64,000 nucleotides of DNA from Desulfobacterales bacterium. Its GTDB lineage: Bacteria; Desulfobacterota; Desulfobacteria; Desulfobacterales; UBA5852. Position 1 is the first letter of the stretch; every line of letters begins with the position of its first letter. The position numbers were made by a program, and so were the translations under genes. The stretch covers positions 18,608-82,607 of the forward strand of contig JBMNCP010000026.1 of assembly GCA_049366795.1 (NCBI GenBank), given 5' to 3'. The notes under the pieces are model-generated. The model worked only from the letters and a program-made list of their open reading frames with translations. It had not been told where the DNA came from and did no database searches. Below, piece after piece: positions 44,847 through 52,843 of the stretch.

Positions 44847-45695
44847 ATGGAAGCCTCGATGACGCCTCCAACGGCAAGGATCACCATCCTGGTCGACAAC
44901 CGCGCGAACGACGGACTGGAACCCGAGCACGGTCTGTCGCTTTGGATAGAAACCCGGGACCAGCACATCCTTTTCGACACCGGGCAGGGGGGTGTGCTGG
45001 AAGGAAACGCCCGCGCACTCGGCATCGACCTGCGGTCGACCGACACCCTCGTACTGAGCCACGGGCATTACGATCACTCAGGCGGCATGGGAACGGCGCT
45101 TCGCCACTCCACAAACATCCATCTCTACTGCCACCCGTTGACCGTACACCCTCGATACAGCATCAAGGATGGAATCCCCCGGCAGATCCACATGCCGGTC
45201 GAATCCATGTCGGCCATGGATGCAATGCCGTCATCACAGCTGCACTGGGTTCAGGAACCGGTTTGGCTGGGGGATGGTATCGGCCTGACGGGGCCCATCC
45301 CCCGCGAGAACCATTTCGAGGACAGTGGCGGACCTTTTTTCCTCGACCCGAAGGGGAAGCGCGTCGACGCGATCGACGACGATATGGCCCTCTGGATTCG
45401 CACGGACGACGGACTCATCGTCTGCGTCGGCTGCTCTCATGCGGGTTTGGCGAACACGCTGTCCCATGTCAGCCATCTGAACCACGGGAACAGGATTCGA
45501 GCCGTGATCGGCGGGTTTCACCTGCTGAACGCCGATGATCGACGTGTGGAAGAGACCCTCATTGCGCTCGGGCTGTTCGGTCTCGACCTGCTGGCCCCGT
45601 GCCACTGTACCGGCGAGCGTGCCGTGGCGTTGATGAGACGGTCATTGGGAGACCGGGTCGTACCGGGAGCGGCGGGCATGGTGTTTCGGTTCTGA
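44847..45695 (+). CDS. MBL-fold metallo-hydrolase
   Basis: 282 aa with ...LVLSHGHYDHSGG..., the HxHxDH motif. Confidence 0.8.
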   Translation: MEASMTPPTARITILVDNRANDGLEPEHGLSLWIETRDQHILFDTGQGGVLEGNARALGIDLRSTDTLVLSHGHYDHSGGMGTALRHSTNIHLYCHPLTVHPRYSIKDGIPRQIHMPVESMSAMDAMPSSQLHWVQEPVWLGDGIGLTGPIPRENHFEDSGGPFFLDPKGKRVDAIDDDMALWIRTDDGLIVCVGCSHAGLANTLSHVSHLNHGNRIRAVIGGFHLLNADDRRVEETLIALGLFGLDLLAPCHCTGERAVALMRRSLGDRVVPGAAGMVFRF

Positions 45696-45839
45696 TCAGG
45701 ATTCCGGGCAGTCGCCCGTGCAGTGGTAGCGCATGCGGGTGCCGTGCTGAAGCGAGGTCTTTCAGCAGCCTGATAGTTTCTATCGGCCGGACGCGTCCTT
45801 TCTTGACGAAAAATTGGGCGGCAGGCCGAAGACCGATAT

Positions 45840-46151
45840 TCAATGGCCGCTTCTCTGTAAAACGATCGGCTCGTAGAGCCGGTATTTCGCCGGCCGACCG
45901 GATAGGGCCTCGATCTTGCCGTCGATGTCGGTTCGCTCCCGGCTGACGGACCACCGCTTCCAGTCTTCAATGGTCTCCCAGGTGCTGACGACGAGCAGAT
46001 CGCCGGGAGATTCGAGCCCGACAAGCGTCCTGCCGGAAATATATCCCGGCTGTACGGTTGCCAAGGCTCGGAGTTGAAGTATCCACGGCATGACGTCCCG
46101 GGCCTGTCGCCCTTGCTGCACTTTTCTGTGGATCATCACCTCGATTGCCAT
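45840..46151 (-). CDS. ABM (antibiotic-biosynthesis-monooxygenase-like) domain protein
   Basis: 103 aa from MAIEVMIHRKV (GGAGA RBS). ...VVSTWETIEDWKRW... fits the ABM pattern. Confidence 0.6.
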   Translation of the reverse strand: MAIEVMIHRKVQQGRQARDVMPWILQLRALATVQPGYISGRTLVGLESPGDLLVVSTWETIEDWKRWSVSRERTDIDGKIEALSGRPAKYRLYEPIVLQRSGH

Positions 46152-46347
46152 GAGCTGTCTCCATTCTGGATTCAAAGGGGTAAACCACCTTTGGGGACGG
46201 TGGGCATCGGCTGCCCCCCTGTCACCAGATTGGCGAAATCCCGTGATGATGTCAAACGATTGGCTGATGCGACGCGCGGTGGGATGGACGGGGCGGAGCG
46301 GTTTGCATGAAGCTTTGATGGAGACAGGAGGATCCGGCAAGGCCGGA

Positions 46348-46428
46348 TCAGCTCGTCAACACGATCACGAGCGCGACGACGACCAGAATGAATCCGATGG
46401 TATCCATGACATCGATCGTTTTGTCCAT
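46348..46428 (-). CDS. possible 26-aa hydrophobic micropeptide
   Basis: MDKTIDVMDTIGFILVVVALVIVLTS contains a single TM helix. A purine-rich stretch lies upstream. It is too short for the ORF track. Confidence 0.3.
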   Translation of the reverse strand: MDKTIDVMDTIGFILVVVALVIVLTS

Positions 46429-46619
46429 GCCTGCTGCCTTTCATTATGGGAAAAATTCGAAAGTCGGCAGACGTCTAGAGCAATTTACATGCCTCGATTG
46501 CCGAAATGCCAAATGCCTGTTCTTTCGGCATTTCATCTACGCATATGAGGAAACTATTTTCACAATGGGCGCGTTGGATTCCGCCAAATTGTATAATTTA
46601 TTTCATATCAAGAGGAAGA

Positions 46620-47906
46620 TTACCACCCAATCCGCAGGCGCCCTTCGGAATCGAAGAGGAGGGGCTGCGGAGCACCGATGAGGCAGTCGCCCCGGTTCCG
46701 CAGCTCCCCGGCCAGTGTGCTGCTGGCCAGGAAATCGACCACATGGAGGGTGTCGCGAATGACGACCATCCGGACATGCTCCGGGTCGACCGGGCCGAGG
46801 GTCGCGATGGAGGCCTGTATGGCCTTGCGGTCATCGGGCATTCGAACCGGAATGAAAGCCTTGCGCAGCGACAGGCTGGTCAGCCCGTTCATCAGGGTCC
46901 GGCCGTAGTCGAGGGAACGGAAAAGCCTCTCGGTGATGATATCGGCATTGCCCATTCCCAGGCCGTTGCCACCGGAGGCCTCGGACAGGCCGAGAATGGC
47001 GACCCGTCTCGCATTCAACACCTCTGAAAAATCGCTCTCGCCGAGATCGAAGGCGCGGCCCGTCACGTTGGGATCCATGCCGGCTCCGCTGATTTCCTTT
47101 CCGATCTGCTCGATCACCAGGACGTCCAGTTCCTTCACGGGAAGCCTCGGAAAGTTGGATTTGGACATCTCCAGCAGGACCGGTTCGCGCTCCCGGACAT
47201 GGGGCGCATCCACGGCTTCGATGTGCAGCGTCCGGTCCAGGGCGTCCTCGACGATCGCCAGCCCGAACCGGAAATTGGTCTTTGCCAGCAGCAGGCCGCC
47301 CATTTCCAGGAGCAGCGGGTGAAAGCCGATACGGACCGCCCACCGGTGGTAGGCGATGGCTCCCGCGTGCTTTCCCATGCCGACGCAGAGCATCTTGAGC
47401 AGACCGCTTTCCACCGGCGCCTTGAACTTGGTGTGGGGCTTGACCCGGTTGATGCAGATCGAGTGGTCCGCTTCCAGGGCATCCCGCGCGAAATAGACCG
47501 GCACTTCATCCCGGACGATGCCGATCCGGCGTACGTCCAGGGAGGAGCACACTTCGGCGCCGCACGCGTCCCCGGTGACCCCCAGAGCACTCAGAACCGC
47601 AGCCTGCCCGTCGGCGGTCGCCCCGCCGTGGCTGCCCATGGCGGGAATGATGAAGGGTCTGAGTCCCACAGCCTTGAGAACGCGGCAGGTCGATGCCACG
47701 ATGGTCCGGATTCCGGCGATCCCCCGGCTTCCGACGGCCACGGCCACACGCTGCCCCGGCTTCCACCGCATTCGATCGAGGGCGGCGAGAACCTGCTGCT
47801 CGACCGCCCTCGGCACATCGAGACCCGCAGCCGGCGGCGGCTTGACGCGGACGCGGTGAAACAGTGGGAAAACGGGTTCCTGTTCAAGGAATGGCGGCAG
47901 TTTCAT
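46620..47906 (-). CDS. lactate-racemase (LarA) N-terminal-domain-like / DUF2088-like protein
   Basis: ...GQRVAVAVGSRGI...PAMGSHGGATADGQ...NRVKPHTKF...GMGKHAGA.... The family call is from memory. The start is uncertain; Met codons occur at 47906, 47972 and 48077. Confidence 0.55.
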   Translation of the reverse strand: MKLPPFLEQEPVFPLFHRVRVKPPPAAGLDVPRAVEQQVLAALDRMRWKPGQRVAVAVGSRGIAGIRTIVASTCRVLKAVGLRPFIIPAMGSHGGATADGQAAVLSALGVTGDACGAEVCSSLDVRRIGIVRDEVPVYFARDALEADHSICINRVKPHTKFKAPVESGLLKMLCVGMGKHAGAIAYHRWAVRIGFHPLLLEMGGLLLAKTNFRFGLAIVEDALDRTLHIEAVDAPHVREREPVLLEMSKSNFPRLPVKELDVLVIEQIGKEISGAGMDPNVTGRAFDLGESDFSEVLNARRVAILGLSEASGGNGLGMGNADIITERLFRSLDYGRTLMNGLTSLSLRKAFIPVRMPDDRKAIQASIATLGPVDPEHVRMVVIRDTLHVVDFLASSTLAGELRNRGDCLIGAPQPLLFDSEGRLRIGW

Positions 47907-48092
47907 GATGGATTCCCGGATATTTCCCCTTGACAGCGGTGGCGGCCGGGGATAACCGAACGGTTCGGACATTTGATGGCCGGATGTCCACGGAGCACTA
48001 TCGAAAAGCCATTGCGCTGTAAAGTTCAAACCCTCATTGCAGCCTCCTGCCATCAGCCGGACCTTCTTTACCCTCAACCGCGGCCAAGCCCA

Positions 48093-50954
48093 ATGTCGAC
48101 ATCAAACCAACGCACAGCCCCTTTTCACGAACTCGCTTCGCGGCTCGACGGTACGCTTCACACCGACCCGATTCACCGGGTGCTGTTTTCAACCGATGCC
48201 AGCATCTTCCAGGTGGACCCCGTAGCCGTGGTCTTTCCGGCGTCCACGAACGACGTGACGGAAACCGTGAACTTCGCGAGGCGCCACGGCCTCCCGATCC
48301 ACCCGCGGGGCGCCGGCAGCGGTGTCTGCGGCGCGGCGCTGGGATCCGGCATCGTGCTCGACTTCACCCGGCACATGAACCGGCTGCTGCACCTGGATCG
48401 GGAAGCGAAAACCTTCGAATGCGAGCCGGGGTATCGCCTGGGGGAACTGGAGGCCGTACTGGACGGCAGCGGACTCTTCTTCCCCCCCGACCCGTCCACC
48501 GGCGAGTACGCCACCTTCGGCGGCATGACGGGAACCAACGCGAGCGGCTCCCACTCGGTCAAGTACGGCAACACGGCCGACTACCTGACGGACGCGGAGA
48601 TGGTGATGGGCGACGGAAGCCGCATCCGGTTCTCGGAGATCGCCGCCCTCCCGCCGGATCGCCTGCCGGCGAGCCTGAAAGCCCTGGCGGACCTCTACCG
48701 CAGCCACTCGGAGACGATCGAAGCCGCCTATCCGGAAATGCCTTTCAACACCGCCGGCTACAACCTTCGCGGCCTGGTCCGCGACGGACGGCTCGATCTC
48801 CGGCGGCTGATCGCGGGCGCCGAAGGCACCCTCGGCATCATCACCCGGCTCACCTTCCGCCTGGCCGACCGCCCGTCCCACGACAGCCTGGTGGTGGCCT
48901 ACATGGACGACATCGTCTCGTCCGCCCGCGCGGTTCAGGCCATCCTGCCGATGGGGCCCTCCGGCATCGAAATCATGGACAAGTCCCTGATCGAACTGGC
49001 CCGCGAAAACGACGCGTCACTGAAAGACACGCTTCCCACCGGGGTCGACAACGTGTTGATGGTGGAGTTCGACGCCTTCGATCCGGAAGCCTGCGCCGGA
49101 CAGGCCGCGGCCGTCATCGATCTGCTGGTGAAGGGCGGATTCACCGCACGCGCCTATCCGGCGGTCTCCGCGGCGGAGAAAAAACGCTTCTGGGCGGTGC
49201 GCAAGGCGGCGGTACCCATTCTCAACCGGCTGAAGGGTCCAAAGAAGATCGTGGCGCTGATCGAGGACGCCGTCGTGCCCATCCGCAACCTGGTGGGGTA
49301 TTTCGAAGGCATCTACGAGCTGCTCGACCGCCACGAGGTTCGTTTCGTCACCTACGGCCATATCGCCAAGGGCCTGATGCACACCCGGCCGCTGCTGGAC
49401 CTCAAGGACCCCGGCGATGTCCGCCGTCTTCGGATCATTGCCGACGACTTCTACGAGATGGTCCGGGCGCTCGACGGAACGGTCTCCGGGGAACACGGAG
49501 ACGGCCGGCTGCGCAGCGCCTATGTCCGGCGGCGATATCCCGCGATCTATCCCCTGTTCCAGCGAGCCAAGCAGCTGATGGATCCGTTTTCCCTGTTCAA
49601 TCCGGACATCATCACCTGCCACGACCCGGATCAGATGACGAAGGATCTTCGCTACGGGGAGGATTACCGCCGGCTGGGCCCGCCGGCGGCGTACCATCTG
49701 AGCTGGCCCGAAGGGTTCGAGAACGAAGCGGAAAAGTGCCACGGCTGCTCCAAGTGCACCACCATGACCCATGCCACCCGGATGTGCCCGGTCTACAAGC
49801 TCACCCGGGAGGAGGCCGCGACGCCCAAGGCCAAGGCCAACGCCCTTCGGGCCCTGATCAGCGGCCGTCTGACGGGACCGGATGCCTTCGAGGCCGTCTT
49901 CCGGGAAGTCCTTTCCCGATGCATCCTCTGCGGAAGCTGCGCATGGGAATGCCCCTCGGGGGTCAACATCCCCAAGCTGGCCATGGAAGCCAGGGCCCGC
50001 TATGTGGAGCGGTTCGGCAACCCGGCGGCCGACCACATTCTCACCCGTCTCGAGGAGTCCGCCCGGCTCGCCCGGCGACTCACGCCGCTCGCCGCTCCGT
50101 TGCTGGGACTGACGGCCGCACGCCGGCTGGTGGAGCGCGCGACGGGCATCTCGGCCCTGCGCCGTCCGGTGGCGCCGGCCCTCCGGTCTCTTGCGGACCT
50201 GGCGAGGCGCGCGGATCGATCGGCCAAACCCGCTGAAAAGGCCGGCCCGAAGGTGCTGTACTTTGCAGGCTGCTATGCCGGCTACGTCGTCCCGTCCATC
50301 GGGTTGGCGGCGATTCGGCTGTTGAAGCACATGGGTGTGGAGGTGCTCCTGCCCGACCAGAACTGCTGTGGACTTCCGCTCCTGTCCAAGGGCATGGCCG
50401 GCAGGGCAAGTGACAAAATAAAGGGCAACCTGGTCCGGTGGGGACGGATGCTTGCCTCCGTGGACGCGGTGGTGGTCACCTGCTCATCCTGCGGGCACGC
50501 GCTTTCCGAAGAATGGGAATCGCTTGCAGGCCGTTCGGCGTCCATCGACCTTCTAAAATCCAAGCTCCTTCACATCAGCTCCTTCGTGAACCGCCACGCC
50601 GACCGGTTGAACCTTCGACCCACCGGATTGAAACTGGCCTACCACAGCCCCTGCCACCTCAGGATCCAGCCGGATCCGGAGAGTTCGATCACCCTGCTTC
50701 GCCGGATCGAGGGGGCGGACGTCCAGCCCCTCAAATCCCACTGCTGCGGCATGGCGGGCAGTTGGGGCATGACGGCCGACCATTTCGAGCTCAGCCGCCG
50801 TATCGCCGGCGACCTGATCGGCACCATCGATCGCTCGGGCGCCGACTGGGCGGTGACGGACTGTCCCACCTGCCGGATGCAAATCGAGCAGTTTTCGCCG
50901 GTCCCCGTGCGGCACCCCGTGGAAATCGTCGCCGACTGCCTCGTCCGGCCCTGA
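48093..50954 (+). CDS. FAD-binding (GlcD/D-lactate dehydrogenase-like) protein fused to 4Fe-4S and CCG-domain (GlpC/HdrD-like) modules
   Basis: Start at MSTSNQR. It has an FAD-PCMH domain (PRGAGSGVCGAA), CHGCSKCTTMTHATRMCP / CILCGSCAWECP, and C-terminal CCGLP...CSSCGH and CCGMAGS...CPTCRMQ. Confidence 0.85.
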   Translation: MSTSNQRTAPFHELASRLDGTLHTDPIHRVLFSTDASIFQVDPVAVVFPASTNDVTETVNFARRHGLPIHPRGAGSGVCGAALGSGIVLDFTRHMNRLLHLDREAKTFECEPGYRLGELEAVLDGSGLFFPPDPSTGEYATFGGMTGTNASGSHSVKYGNTADYLTDAEMVMGDGSRIRFSEIAALPPDRLPASLKALADLYRSHSETIEAAYPEMPFNTAGYNLRGLVRDGRLDLRRLIAGAEGTLGIITRLTFRLADRPSHDSLVVAYMDDIVSSARAVQAILPMGPSGIEIMDKSLIELARENDASLKDTLPTGVDNVLMVEFDAFDPEACAGQAAAVIDLLVKGGFTARAYPAVSAAEKKRFWAVRKAAVPILNRLKGPKKIVALIEDAVVPIRNLVGYFEGIYELLDRHEVRFVTYGHIAKGLMHTRPLLDLKDPGDVRRLRIIADDFYEMVRALDGTVSGEHGDGRLRSAYVRRRYPAIYPLFQRAKQLMDPFSLFNPDIITCHDPDQMTKDLRYGEDYRRLGPPAAYHLSWPEGFENEAEKCHGCSKCTTMTHATRMCPVYKLTREEAATPKAKANALRALISGRLTGPDAFEAVFREVLSRCILCGSCAWECPSGVNIPKLAMEARARYVERFGNPAADHILTRLEESARLARRLTPLAAPLLGLTAARRLVERATGISALRRPVAPALRSLADLARRADRSAKPAEKAGPKVLYFAGCYAGYVVPSIGLAAIRLLKHMGVEVLLPDQNCCGLPLLSKGMAGRASDKIKGNLVRWGRMLASVDAVVVTCSSCGHALSEEWESLAGRSASIDLLKSKLLHISSFVNRHADRLNLRPTGLKLAYHSPCHLRIQPDPESSITLLRRIEGADVQPLKSHCCGMAGSWGMTADHFELSRRIAGDLIGTIDRSGADWAVTDCPTCRMQIEQFSPVPVRHPVEIVADCLVRP

Positions 50955-50990
50955 CCTGACGCCGGACCCCAAAACGGAGAACCCAATCCG

Positions 50991-52595
50991 ATGTTCGAAA
51001 CCCCATCCTTCGAGTGTTCCTGGGACTGCCCCTACCCGTCGTGTCGCATGCCCGTGCTCGGCGACAACATGGTCGCCACCTCCCAGCCCCTGGCGGCCCA
51101 GGCCGGACTGCGCATGCTGATGGCCGGCGGGAATGCGGTGGATGCGGCCCTGGCCACGGCCATCGCCCTCACCGTGGTGGAGCCCACCGGCAACGGGATC
51201 GGCAGCGACGCCTTCGCCCTGGTCTGGGATGGCGGCACGCTCCATGGCTTCAATGGATCCGGCCGTTCGCCCCGGGCATGGTCGGCGGAGCGCTTCAAAG
51301 GGCTGGACGCCATGCCGCAGTTTGGCTGGGACGCCGTTACCGTGCCGGGAGCCGTGGATCTCTGGGCCGTCCTGTCCCGGAGATTCGGCAGGCTTCCCTT
51401 CGAAAGGCTTTTCGAGCCTGCGATCGGGTACGCAAGAGACGGATACCCCGTCGCTCCGATCATTGCCGCGCGCTGGTCGGACGCCGAGGCCCGATACCGG
51501 CTCATCCGCGAATTTGCCGATATCTTTCTGCCGGAAGGACGTGCGCCGCGCCCCGGAGAGCGGTTTCGCTCTCCCTGGCAGGCCGAAAGCCTCGAAGCCA
51601 TCGCGCGGACCGGTGGCCGGGCGTTTTACGTGGGAGAACTCGCCGACCGGATGATCGCCCATTGCCGGGCGAACGGCGGCGTCATGGCTATCGAGGATCT
51701 CGCAGGCCACCGGACCGCGGTCGTCGATCCGATCTTCCAGGACTACCGAAATGTCCGTCTCCACGAGATTCCACCCAACGGTCAAGGCGTGGCGGCCCTG
51801 ATCACCCTGGGCATCCTCGGTCATTTCGATCTGGCGGCAATGGCCCCGGATTCCCCCGACAGTCTGCACCTTCAGATCGAGGCCATGAAGATCGGATTCG
51901 CGGCCGCCCATCGGTTCGTGGCCGATCCCCGGGAAATGCCGGTGTCCGTCGACAGCCTCCTGGACCCCGATCTTCTGGCCCGCCAGGCCGACGACATCCG
52001 AATGGACCGGGCCGGGTCCCCCGTCGCGAGGCTGCCCCACGACCGGGGAACGGTCTACCTTGCGGCGGCCGACGCCGGCGGCATGATGGTCTCCATGATC
52101 CAATCCAACTTCACGGGGTTCGGCTCGGGCGTCGTCATTCCCGAATCCGGCATCCATCTTCAGAACCGGGGATGGGCCTTCTCCCTGGATCCCGCGCATC
52201 CCAACCGCGTGGCCGGCGGCAAGCGCCCCTATCACACCATCATTCCGGGCTTCGTGACCTCAGGGGGCCGGCCCCTCATGAGCCTCGGAGTCATGGGCGG
52301 ACACATGCAGCCCCAGGGCCACGTCCAGATGATGGTCCGGGTTTTCGACCACCGCCAGAATCCCCAAGCCGCATGCGACGCCCCGCGCTGGCATCTGGAC
52401 GAAACCCTGGGCGTCAACCTGGAGGCCGGTTTTCCGGAACCGGTCCGCGCCGAGCTGAGGCGTCGGGGCCACCGCCTGGTGCAGGGGAATCCATTCTGGG
52501 GTTATGGCGGCGCTCAGTTGATCTGGCGGCTTCCGGGCGGCGGCTATGGAGGGGCGTCGGACAAGCGGAAGGACGGGCAGGCTGTCGCGTTCTAA
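50991..52595 (+). CDS. ggt: gamma-glutamyltransferase-family protein
   Basis: 534 aa with MVATSQPLAAQAG...GGNAVDAA...DRGTVYLAAAD...PYHTIIPGF. The catalytic Thr lies in the GT context. Confidence 0.85.
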   Translation: MFETPSFECSWDCPYPSCRMPVLGDNMVATSQPLAAQAGLRMLMAGGNAVDAALATAIALTVVEPTGNGIGSDAFALVWDGGTLHGFNGSGRSPRAWSAERFKGLDAMPQFGWDAVTVPGAVDLWAVLSRRFGRLPFERLFEPAIGYARDGYPVAPIIAARWSDAEARYRLIREFADIFLPEGRAPRPGERFRSPWQAESLEAIARTGGRAFYVGELADRMIAHCRANGGVMAIEDLAGHRTAVVDPIFQDYRNVRLHEIPPNGQGVAALITLGILGHFDLAAMAPDSPDSLHLQIEAMKIGFAAAHRFVADPREMPVSVDSLLDPDLLARQADDIRMDRAGSPVARLPHDRGTVYLAAADAGGMMVSMIQSNFTGFGSGVVIPESGIHLQNRGWAFSLDPAHPNRVAGGKRPYHTIIPGFVTSGGRPLMSLGVMGGHMQPQGHVQMMVRVFDHRQNPQAACDAPRWHLDETLGVNLEAGFPEPVRAELRRRGHRLVQGNPFWGYGGAQLIWRLPGGGYGGASDKRKDGQAVAF

Positions 52596-52764
52596 CCGGA
52601 TCACGGCCCGCCTGCCGGCGGGACCCGGACAGCCGGAGGGTCGATTCCGGCGCCATCCCCGATGCCCGGGTCCGGACCATGGGATGGCAGTGGCGGGTTC
52701 ATTTCGGGTACCCCGCTCGCGGAAATTTGAGGCCGCCTGTCGTGCAGGCGGAGTCGCAACACAG

Positions 52765-52800
52765 AAACGGCATCCGTTATATTGGGATGCCGTTTCATTT
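52765..52800. terminator. bidirectional terminator hairpin between convergent ggt and pfp
   Basis: AAACGGCATCC-gttatattg-GGATGCCGTTT, with U-rich sequence following on both strands. Confidence 0.7.
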
Positions 52801-52843
52801 CGCTCCGCGTCCGCCGGTGCGGCAGCAATGCATTCCGCCCCTG

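Noticed and set aside
46590-46597. Extended -10-like TGTATAAT on the plus strand
   Set aside because: No plus-strand gene or recognisable RNA lies downstream, since it runs into the 3' end of the minus-strand LarA-like gene. It is probably chance in an AT-richer spacer.
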